Assembly: GCA_945935525.1 (NCBI GenBank)
Contig: CAMERI010000004.1
Location: 9,645-73,644 of the forward strand
From: an uncultured bacterium
Lineage (GTDB): Bacteria > Bacillota_I > Bacilli_A > RF39 > UBA660
DNA: 64,000 nucleotides
Reading direction: 5' to 3'
In this document: one piece after another, positions 1 to 8,217 of the stretch
Layout: the number at the start of each line of letters is the position of its first letter
Numbering within the stretch: the stretch's first letter is position 1
The notes under the pieces: generated by a model
What the model was told of the DNA's origin: nothing
Databases searched by the model: none
Seen by the model: the letters and a program-made list of their open reading frames with translations, nothing else
Position numbers and translations under genes: made by a program

Positions 1-984
1 TCTTGAATAGATAGTTGCCAAATCACGAGTAGCATATATAGTAGATCCATCATTCTTAATAACAATTAGTGGTGGGATCTCTATCTTATCATCATCTTTC
101 TTTACATCTATTACTTTAGCTCCTTCAGAAGTATACATATATGGTTCTAGCACTTTTAATGTATCCGGTACATACTCTAATGAACTAAGTTCACCTTCCC
201 ATAAATCAAAATTACAATTCAAGTAGTCATAACTCTTCTTAATTGCTTCTTTAGATACTTCAACTATATCTTTCCACATAGTAAAGTATGGTTCTTTTCC
301 TTCATCTACTAAAGCAGTTACTTTTCTTACTTCTTCCATTCTTTCAGGATTTTCTTTAGCAGCTATACTTGCAGCTGGATAATATTCTCCTAATTCTTCA
401 GTAGTTATTTCTAATTTTGGATATTCTCCTTTATAATCAGGATCAAAATAACATAAATCAGGTTTTCTCTTCTTAATCTCAGTTATTAACATACCTGATT
501 GTCTTCCTATATCTCCTAAGTGAACATCTCCAATAGTTTTATCTCCAAGTAAAGTAGCAAGTCTCTTTAATGATTCTCCAATGTTAGCAGGTCTCATGTG
601 TCCTACATGAAGTGTTTTAGCTGCATTAGCTCCACCATAATCTACTATAATAGTTTTTTCTTCACCCTTATCTACAAAACCATTAGTATCTTTAATGTTA
701 TTATTAATATAATCTAGTAAATATTTATCACTAATACTAACATTTATAAAACCAGGTCCTGCTATATTAACATTATAAAACCTATCATCAAAACTTCCAA
801 TTATAGTTTCTGCAATCTCTCTTGGATTCTTACCATACTTTTTAGCAAGACCCATACACACATTAATTTGAAATTCTCCTAAATCGCGTCTTGAAGAGGA
901 CTCCAAAATAACGTTATCGACTTCATAGCCACATTTTTTTATTACATCTGTAATATAATTTTCAGTTTCTTTAATAAAACTCAT
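1..984 (-). CDS. argS: Arginine--tRNA ligase, 5' part (runs off window start)
   Basis: Manual translation from ATG at 984: MSFIKETENY...AGPGFIN...DYGGANAAKTLHVGHMR (HIGH-type motif)...HLGDIG; RBS GGAG upstream. Confidence 0.95.
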   Translation of the reverse strand, partial: MSFIKETENYITDVIKKCGYEVDNVILESSSRRDLGEFQINVCMGLAKKYGKNPREIAETIIGSFDDRFYNVNIAGPGFINVSISDKYLLDYINNNIKDTNGFVDKGEEKTIIVDYGGANAAKTLHVGHMRPANIGESLKRLATLLGDKTIGDVHLGDIGRQSGMLITEIKKRKPDLCYFDPDYKGEYPKLEITTEELGEYYPAASIAAKENPERMEEVRKVTALVDEGKEPYFTMWKDIVEVSKEAIKKSYDYLNCNFDLWEGELSSLEYVPDTLKVLEPYMYTSEGAKVIDVKKDDDKIEIPPLIVIKNDGSTIYATRDLATIYSR

Positions 985-1092
985 AATATCCTCTCCTTCT
1001 TGACTTAGATTATAGCATATTAACATCTATTTGAGAATAACATATTTATTTTTATAGTAAAAAATATTATAATAGATATACTAGGAGATTAT

Positions 1093-1632
1093 ATGAATGT
1101 ATTATATGCTCAATTAATTGGTGCAGCAGCAATGCTTACTATGACTCTTTCTGTACAATGTAGAAAGAAAAAACACATGATGATAGTTCAATCAATTGCT
1201 CACATGTTCTATTCATTTCAGTATGCACTACTGGGAGGTTTTTCAGCCGCATTCATGGATATAATTTCAGTACTAAGAATTCTATTATTTTATAAATATG
1301 ATAAATCTAAAATGAAAATACCACTTATATTACCAACAATAGTTATATTAGTAACTGTATTTGTAGGTATTCTAACATATACTAATCCACTATCACTTTT
1401 ACCAGTATTTGCTGCAATCATCTATACAATAGGTGCATCATTTAAAGATCCAAAAGTATATAAATTTGTATTTGGTACATGTGCTATCGGATGGTTATTC
1501 TATAACCTAAAGTTTCAAGCTTACGTATGCGTAATTGGTAACATAATGGAAATAACATCAACTACTATAGCTCTTATAAGAGAAACAAAAAGAAAAAATA
1601 GAAAGAGAAAAAATATTAAAAAACATAAATAA
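1093..1632 (+). CDS. YgjV-family inner membrane protein
   Basis: 179 aa, about 6 hydrophobic segments, Q-x-K-x-K after TM1, W-x-x-YN near C-terminus, basic tail. Confidence 0.7.
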   Translation: MNVLYAQLIGAAAMLTMTLSVQCRKKKHMMIVQSIAHMFYSFQYALLGGFSAAFMDIISVLRILLFYKYDKSKMKIPLILPTIVILVTVFVGILTYTNPLSLLPVFAAIIYTIGASFKDPKVYKFVFGTCAIGWLFYNLKFQAYVCVIGNIMEITSTTIALIRETKRKNRKRKNIKKHK

Positions 1633-1667
1633 TTTAAAGACATACTTCATATAATATAGTGTGTCCT

Positions 1668-1696
1668 TTGACATTTCTACCTAAATATGGTATAAT
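1668..1696 (+). promoter_or_regulatory. Consensus sigma-A promoter for the OLE-like RNA/oapA
   Basis: TTGACA(1668-1673)-17 bp-TATAAT(1691-1696) with extended TG. Confidence 0.9.
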
Positions 1697-1703
1697 TTTA
1701 GAT

Positions 1704-2157
1704 GTATGGAGCATTATACTAGTCAAACATACCACTAGAAGATGGGGCTAAAAATCCATCAATTGTGTAAAATGATACTTTATATATTGCGCTTCTTACG
1801 CCCAGTTTGGGGCGGATATATAATTTTAGTTTTAAGGATATGATGTAATGGCATATATCTGAATTCCTTAATTCACATCGTAAAATATGAAAGCACATGT
1901 CGTGAGTGACTTATTGGGATAGTAATTGAAAAATAAGTTGCAAAAGCGAATAAAAGTGATACGTGTTTGCTTGGGAAAACCTCTAGTATGTCTATATTAT
2001 AAGGATTGAAGTGCGGACTAAGTGGTGATCGAGTGATCATTAATGGTAACAAGTGATTAATTCTTTTAAAGAGAAATCGCCTGCAGGTAACTAATGGTAA
2101 GAATTAGAGAAATTCAACTCGACCAAAGCCGTAAAATTAATTTATAATATTCCATAC
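1704..2157 (+). ncRNA. ole: OLE-like RNA, shortened (about 454 nt)
   Basis: GC-richer non-coding stretch; ends pair (GTATGGAGCATTATA / TATAATATTCCATAC); internal hairpins GATGG..CCATC and CGCCC..GGGCG; GGATTGAAGTGCGGACTAAGTGG recalled as OLE-like; lies immediately upstream of an oapA homologue. Confidence 0.8.
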
Positions 2158-2183
2158 TATTATATTAAGGGAGTTTATTAGAA

Positions 2184-2705
2184 ATGAAAAAAGATAATTG
2201 GATTCTAAAAGCATTTTTAATGACTTTTTTTATAGCTTTAATTTTTAGTAGTGCATCTAACTATCTAATATCAAAATTCAATAATACAATACTTTTAATT
2301 GTGTTATGTGTAATATTTATTGGTATAGGTATTCTATTTGATATTATAGGTACAGCTGTACTAACAGCAAACGAAGCATCATTTCATGCAAAAAGTGCTA
2401 AAAAAATAAAAGGTTCAAAAGAAGGAGTATATCTAGTTAAAAACTCAAGTACCATTGCAAGCATATGTAATGATGTTATCGGAGATATATGTGGTATAGT
2501 AAGTGGTTCTATAGGAGCAATGCTTGCCATAAATATATCTACTAAATTAAATGTATCAACAGTTATTGTTACACTACTAATAAGTTCAATTATTTCATCA
2601 CTCACAGTAGGTGGTAAAGCTATAGGAAAGAAACAAGCAATTAAAAATAGCGATGCAATTATATTCGTAGCCGCAAAAGTATTAAGTAAATTCAAAATTA
2701 AATAG
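2184..2705 (+). CDS. oapA: OLE-associated membrane protein A (DUF21/CNNM-like TM domain)
   Basis: GILFDIIG..A..A.E..FHA, CNDVIGDICGIVSG (DxxxD, GxxxG) and LTVGGKAIGK motifs typical of OapA. Confidence 0.85.
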   Translation: MKKDNWILKAFLMTFFIALIFSSASNYLISKFNNTILLIVLCVIFIGIGILFDIIGTAVLTANEASFHAKSAKKIKGSKEGVYLVKNSSTIASICNDVIGDICGIVSGSIGAMLAINISTKLNVSTVIVTLLISSIISSLTVGGKAIGKKQAIKNSDAIIFVAAKVLSKFKIK

Positions 2706-2716
2706 TTTCCAATACA

Positions 2717-2748
2717 AAAAGACTTAAGAAAAAATTCTTAAGTCTTTT
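2717..2748. terminator. Bidirectional intrinsic terminator between oapA and typA
   Basis: Perfect IR AAAAGACTTAAGAA / TTCTTAAGTCTTTT between convergent genes. Confidence 0.85.
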
Positions 2749-2751
2749 ATT

Positions 2752-4554
2752 TTATCTATTATTTCTAAATCTTTCTTTTTCATCAAGTATTTTCTTACGT
2801 AATCTAATTGCATCAGGAGTTACTTCTACTAACTCATCTTTTTCTATAAATTCTAATGCTTCTTCTAATGTAAATGTTCTAGGTCTTGGAAGTATTATTG
2901 CTTCATCACTACCAGATGAACGAGTATTAGAAAATTCTTTATTTTTACATGGATTAACATTTAAATCATTTTCTCTATTGTTAATACCAACTATCATACC
3001 AGAATATACTTCAGTAGATGGTTCTATTATCATAGTACCTCTATCTAATAAGTTATAAAGTGCGTATCCAAATGCTTTACCACTTTCCATAGATACAAGT
3101 ACACCATTCTTGCGTCCAGATATTTCTCCAGCATATGGTCTATAATCTTCAAAACTGCGTACCATAATACCTTCACCCTTAGTATTAGTAATAAAGTTAC
3201 TTCTATATCCTATTAAACCTCTTGTAGGAACAATAAACTCAAGTCTTACATAATTATCTTCAGCAGGTTCCATTATTTCCATAGTACCTTTTCTTTCACT
3301 TAAATCACTAATTACATTACCAGAATAATCATTAGGTACAGTAATTACTACTCTTTCATATGGTTCACATTTAACACCATCTATTTCTTGGAAGATAACT
3401 TCTGGTTTAGATACACCAAGTTCATAACCTTCTCTTCTCATATTTTCTATTAATATTGATAAGTGTAATTCTCCACGACCAGATACTTTAAATCCATCAC
3501 TACTTGGTAATTCTTCTACTTCAAGTCCAACATTACGTTCAAGCTCAGCCATTAATCTATCTCTTAAATGTCTAGATGTAACAAACTTACCAACTTTACC
3601 AGCAAATGGACTATTATTAACCATAAAATTCATTGATAATGTTGGTTTTTCTATTTCAATCTTAGGTAGAGGATCTACATGATTAACATCACAAATAGTG
3701 TCTCCAATAGATATTTCAGGACAACCAGCTACTATAACTATATCACCATAATATGCTTCACTTACTTCTTTTCTCTTAATTCCTTCATTAACGAATATTT
3801 TAGTAATTCTTTCTTTAGTAAGTTCTCCATTATTTTTAGATATTGCTACTGTTTCACCAACTTTAATTTTACCTTTATTAATTCTACCTATACCAAGTCT
3901 ACCAATATAATCATCATAATCAAGTGATGATATTTGTAATTGTAAAGGATCATTTTCATTTCCTTCAAATGGTTTAGTAGTTTCTATAATAGTATCAAGA
4001 AGTGGTGTAATATCTTTACTATCATCATTTTCTTCATACTTAGCTATTCCTTCTTTAGCTATACCATATATGATTTTAAAATCTAATTGTTCATTAGTAG
4101 CACCTAACTCACAAAATAAATCAAAAGTCATATTAACTACTTCTTCAGCACGAGCATCTTTCTTATCTATTTTATTAATAAATAGTATTGGTCTAAGACC
4201 ATATTTTAATGCTTCTTTTAATACAAATCTTGTTTGAGGCATTGGTCCTTCAGCTGAATCTACTAATAATACTACAGTATCTACTGTTTTAATAATTCTT
4301 TCTATTTCACTAGAAAAATCAGCATGTCCTGGAGTATCAACTATATTCATCTTAATACCTTTATATTTAATAGAACAGTTTTTAGCAGTAATTGTAATAC
4401 CACGTTCACGTTCTAAGTCTCCACTATCCATTACACAGTCAACTACTTGCTCATTTTCTCTAAATACTCCATTTTGTTTTAATAAAGCATCTACTAAAGT
4501 ACTTTTACCAGCATCAACATGAGCAACAACTGCAAAGTTAATAATTTTCTCCAT
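2752..4554 (-). CDS. typA: Translational GTPase TypA/BipA
   Basis: AHVDAGKST, ERERGITI, DTPGHADF, NKID, GRGELHL, VEVTPDAIRLRK; likely start MEKIINF at 4554. Confidence 0.97.
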   Translation of the reverse strand: MEKIINFAVVAHVDAGKSTLVDALLKQNGVFRENEQVVDCVMDSGDLERERGITITAKNCSIKYKGIKMNIVDTPGHADFSSEIERIIKTVDTVVLLVDSAEGPMPQTRFVLKEALKYGLRPILFINKIDKKDARAEEVVNMTFDLFCELGATNEQLDFKIIYGIAKEGIAKYEENDDSKDITPLLDTIIETTKPFEGNENDPLQLQISSLDYDDYIGRLGIGRINKGKIKVGETVAISKNNGELTKERITKIFVNEGIKRKEVSEAYYGDIVIVAGCPEISIGDTICDVNHVDPLPKIEIEKPTLSMNFMVNNSPFAGKVGKFVTSRHLRDRLMAELERNVGLEVEELPSSDGFKVSGRGELHLSILIENMRREGYELGVSKPEVIFQEIDGVKCEPYERVVITVPNDYSGNVISDLSERKGTMEIMEPAEDNYVRLEFIVPTRGLIGYRSNFITNTKGEGIMVRSFEDYRPYAGEISGRKNGVLVSMESGKAFGYALYNLLDRGTMIIEPSTEVYSGMIVGINNRENDLNVNPCKNKEFSNTRSSGSDEAIILPRPRTFTLEEALEFIEKDELVEVTPDAIRLRKKILDEKERFRNNR

Positions 4555-4716
4555 AATCTCATCCCCTCTTAGATACGCACTTAATAATACACTATTTTCA
4601 AGCATTTTTCAAGAAAAATCGTATTTTTTTATAAATTATCACTATAAGTGTATTTTTATCATTCTTAGTAAATGGTTAAAATTTCCAAATAATGGGAAAA
4701 TATTACTAGGAGTTTA

Positions 4717-4980
4717 ATGATGAAAGATACATTTGATTTTAAAGATGAAAAAGAAATTTATACCATTATCGGAAAGAATATTAAATACTATAGAAAACTT
4801 TATAGTTTAAATGTTGAAGAATTAACACAAGAACATTTAGCAGAACTAGCTAATGTATCAACATCATTAATAGGTAATCTTGAAAGTAAAAAGACTTACC
4901 AAGGTATAAGTATTTATAATTTATACAAGATAAGTCTAATATTAAATGTCCCAATAGAAAAGTTTTTTATTAATCGTTAG
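4717..4980 (+). CDS. XRE-family HTH regulator (paralogue 1)
   Basis: IGKNIKYYRK..LTQEHLAELANVS..LIGNLE..GISIYNLYKIS. Confidence 0.85.
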   Translation: MMKDTFDFKDEKEIYTIIGKNIKYYRKLYSLNVEELTQEHLAELANVSTSLIGNLESKKTYQGISIYNLYKISLILNVPIEKFFINR

Positions 4981-5230
4981 CCTCTATTGACTCAAAGAAC
5001 TTATCAATAGACACATTTAGTACAACAGATATTTTATATAAAGACATTAGTGATAATCCTTCGCTACCTCTAGTACTTTCAAATTTTCTTATGAATTCAG
5101 GTGATACACCTATATCTATTGCAAGTTGTTCTTGAGTAATACCACATAACTTTCTATATTTAATTACATTATATGCTATTGTCTTAATTATATTTTCATC
5201 AAAATTGAAATCTCTTTTAAACTTAGTCAT
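4970..5230 (-). CDS. XRE-family HTH regulator (paralogue 2)
   Basis: IAYNVIKYRK..ITQEQLAIDIGVS..GLSLMSLYKISVVLNV. Confidence 0.85.
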   Translation of the reverse strand: MTKFKRDFNFDENIIKTIAYNVIKYRKLCGITQEQLAIDIGVSPEFIRKFESTRGSEGLSLMSLYKISVVLNVSIDKFFESIEAND

Positions 5231-5331
5231 TATTTCACCTAAGTAATATTTTACATTGTTTTAATATTAAATTATGTAATGTAGTACTATACATTTATTA
5301 TTATTTATTCTATAATTGTAATAGGTGAACT

Positions 5332-5580
5332 ATGGATCAAAATAAATTAAATAAAATAATTGGTAAGAATATAAAGAAATATAGAAGCAAAACTATATTA
5401 AATGGAAAGAAACTAACTCAAGAAAAACTAGCTGAATTAATAAACGTTTCTGTATCTCTAATAAGTAATTTAGAAAGTAATAAGTGTAAAACTGGTATAA
5501 GTATAAACAATCTATATAAGATATCTATAGTTCTAAACACACCTATAAGTAAATTTATGGAGGATAATGATGAACTATAA
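5332..5580 (+). CDS. XRE-family HTH regulator (paralogue 3)
   Basis: IGKNIKKYRS..LTQEKLAELINVS..GISINNLYKISIVLN. Confidence 0.85.
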   Translation: MDQNKLNKIIGKNIKKYRSKTILNGKKLTQEKLAELINVSVSLISNLESNKCKTGISINNLYKISIVLNTPISKFMEDNDEL

Positions 5581-6094
5581 TATTATTTTAAAAGATTATA
5601 TAAATAATAGTTCTGATATTATAAATTTTATAAATGATAAATTACTAGATGACTTAATAAGCAATATAGATAATAGTATTATAATAGTTACTTCTCACCT
5701 AATTCATAAAGAAAATACTATTACTCACAAAGAACAATTTATATTCAATTTAGATAATTATATTTCATTCATAAAAGAACACATACATATCAGTGAACTA
5801 AAAATAAGATATATCTTAAGTGAAACATTAAATAACAGATACAATAAGATTCTTTTATCAAATAAATACTACTATAGTAATGTAGAACTATATCAAAAAG
5901 AGTTCATTAATATGTTTATGTATAAATACTTAAAAAATACAGAATATCTAAGTAAATATATAAAACTGGATAAATTAGACTTTAATAGTCTTTGTAATCT
6001 TATTAACACAAATAAAAAAGCACATATTTACTTTGAAGATATAACAAGTAATAATGTGCATTATTATATAAATTTAATTAGAAGTATTAGTTAA
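5567..6094 (+). CDS. Hypothetical protein
   Basis: 175-aa ORF with GGAGG RBS, overlapping XRE3; no recognised motif. Confidence 0.6.
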   Translation: MMNYNIILKDYINNSSDIINFINDKLLDDLISNIDNSIIIVTSHLIHKENTITHKEQFIFNLDNYISFIKEHIHISELKIRYILSETLNNRYNKILLSNKYYYSNVELYQKEFINMFMYKYLKNTEYLSKYIKLDKLDFNSLCNLINTNKKAHIYFEDITSNNVHYYINLIRSIS

Positions 6095-7159
6095 TATATC
6101 ATACATATTAGTATAAGTGAAAGTTACTCTATTAGTACCTTTCCTTTTTTCTTTTACTAAGTATCCTTGTTCTACCAATTTATTAAGAACCTTATTAACA
6201 GAATTAATATGTAATTTACATTCTTCTACTATGTCATTAGTTGTAAACACTATTCTTTTAGCTATAACAGGATATACTTTATATATAGTACTTCCACCTA
6301 TAGTTATTTTAAAATCTTCTAAATCTCTAGTATATATTTTATTAAGTTTCTTTATTCTTTTAATATTTATACCACATTGATTAATAATACATTCTAGAAT
6401 AAACTTTATAAACTTAGGAAACTTTTCATCATTTTCATCACTTAATAAAGTAAAATATGTATTTTTCAAATTATCAATTGCCTCTGATATAAATAATATT
6501 GGAGGTTCTTTTTTGTAAAATGATAATTGTATAGGTATAGTAAGTCTTCCTATTTTACCATTACCAGTTAAATATGGATGTAACTTTTCATATTGATAAT
6601 GTGTTACCGCTATAGATATAAAATCAGGTTCTGTAGGTTCATTCATATATTCACATAAATTTTTCATATAACCATTTAGTTCATTATATAATGGCGGTAC
6701 AAATGAAACACTAGATCCAGCAAGACCAGGCTTTAATATATAAGTTTGAGTCTTTCTTAAATGTCCACTACCTTTAGTAGAATTATCTTTCTTACAATTA
6801 CTTAAAAGAACTTTATTTACTCTATTAAATGTATCAATTGAAAATCCATTCTTACTAGCATAAGAAAGTCCAGATAATAAAGCCATCTTAATATTATTAA
6901 ATTGTATTACTGTATTATTTTTATTCTTATACGGCATTAAAAACATATCATCTTTAGTAATCTTAGCATTATCAATTTTAAAAGAATAATATGTATCAAT
7001 TATAAATGCTGACTCTAAAAAAGATTTATAATCAAAAGTCATACTCTTAAGAAATCCTTTATACTCTCCATATGCTTCTTTCGCATCACATAGAAGTTTC
7101 ATAAGAGAACTATCAAGTTCATAATTAAAAGGTAATTTTTTAGCTTTATATGGTTCCAT
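6074..7159 (-). CDS. Fic-family protein (N-terminal Fic_N-like region, C-terminal HTH), degenerate active site
   Basis: HYQYEKLHPYLTGNGKIGR resembles HPFxDGNGRxxR; GxLRxxQ flap; C-terminal wHTH-like segment. Confidence 0.85.
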   Translation of the reverse strand: MEPYKAKKLPFNYELDSSLMKLLCDAKEAYGEYKGFLKSMTFDYKSFLESAFIIDTYYSFKIDNAKITKDDMFLMPYKNKNNTVIQFNNIKMALLSGLSYASKNGFSIDTFNRVNKVLLSNCKKDNSTKGSGHLRKTQTYILKPGLAGSSVSFVPPLYNELNGYMKNLCEYMNEPTEPDFISIAVTHYQYEKLHPYLTGNGKIGRLTIPIQLSFYKKEPPILFISEAIDNLKNTYFTLLSDENDEKFPKFIKFILECIINQCGINIKRIKKLNKIYTRDLEDFKITIGGSTIYKVYPVIAKRIVFTTNDIVEECKLHINSVNKVLNKLVEQGYLVKEKRKGTNRVTFTYTNMYDILTNTSN

Positions 7160-7234
7160 ACTTTACACTCCTTAATTATATATTATCATAAATATAATAA
7201 AAAATATACATATTTAATTAAAAATATGTATATT

Positions 7235-7621
7235 TTAATATGGATTAGGATAACTAGTAAGACCAGTACCTTCTCCTTTAGTCCATATAATTTTATTTCC
7301 TAATACTTTAAGACCATATATTATTTTATATAGTGTTTTATCTCCATTTTTATAATAAAATGTTAATGTAGTATTACCATTTTTATTAGGTTCAAATACC
7401 CATTTATCATCTTCATCACTAGTAAGTTTAACATTATCATTAGTAGATTCATAACTCCAACTATAGCCATCTTTAGAATCCATATCATACTCTATAGTCA
7501 TCTTATCATTATATACCGCTAAATACTTAGAAGCTGGACCCCAAAATACCAAATAAATTGATACTAAAGCTGTTACTCCAAACATAATATAAAATCTTAA
7601 ATACTTCTTTATATGTTTCAT
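7235..7621 (-). CDS. Membrane-anchored protein, possibly chagasin/I42 protease-inhibitor-like
   Basis: N-terminal TM, GYSW motif, W-x-F...G-x-T-x-L-x-F-x-Y; candidate own promoter TTGCTT-17-TATTAT upstream. Confidence 0.5.
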   Translation of the reverse strand: MKHIKKYLRFYIMFGVTALVSIYLVFWGPASKYLAVYNDKMTIEYDMDSKDGYSWSYESTNDNVKLTSDEDDKWVFEPNKNGNTTLTFYYKNGDKTLYKIIYGLKVLGNKIIWTKGEGTGLTSYPNPY

Positions 7622-7662
7622 ATCTTCACCATAATAATAATATCACTTTTAACATATTTAAG

Positions 7663-7702
7663 CAAACAAAAAACAACCCGTTCTGATAAAACAAGATTGT
7701 TT
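7663..7702 (-). terminator. Intrinsic terminator ending the putative ncRNA
   Basis: Minus strand AACAATCTTGTT-loop-AACGGGTTGTT followed by a T-run; G-U pairs work only on the minus strand. Confidence 0.7.
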
Positions 7703-8134
7703 CGAGTTTCCGAAAATAAATTATGAATCATTTATATTAATAATTAAATTAATATAAATACTTCTAAATATTATCAGTATTTAGCATAATTTCTTATCAT
7801 TTTGAGTTTTGCTTTCTCAACGTTATAACATTTGTCCTTAGTAGATAAGACATCTATTTCTTAAATTAATAAGATATTTTTATTATTTATATTATTTTGA
7901 TATAAAATATTATTAGTAAGATAGATATATAATTAAGTTAGTAAATTAATACTAATTAAGAACATATAATTGAAAAATAATATTAGTATATCCAATATAA
8001 ATAAGTAAAAATAATATAGATTTTTTCACTAATATAATTAAATTATTTATATTATTATATAAGTTTATAAAAGTAATTAAACTTAAATAAATTATTATAT
8101 AATAGATATAATATTTAATTATCTATTGGACAAC
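7663..8134 (-). ncRNA. Putative novel structured AU-rich ncRNA (about 470 nt)
   Basis: Promoter TTGACA(8166-8161)-17-TAATAT, terminator hairpin plus U-tract at about 7702-7663, no ORF of 60 aa or more, many inverted repeats. Confidence 0.55.
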
Positions 8135-8217
8135 TATATATTATCAAATATTTCATACCCTGTCAATATATTTTTAAATTTTTTTTCAAAAAAATAAAAT
8201 AATTGCATTTTCAGCAA

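Noticed and set aside
4717-7159. Prophage or integrative element at the XRE/Fic cluster
   Set aside because: No integrase, att repeats, tRNA target or structural genes visible
7663-8134. Identification of the AU-rich RNA as RNase P RNA, tmRNA or a T-box
   Set aside because: No GAGGAAAGUCC, no tRNA-like ends, no GGUGGNACCGCG motif
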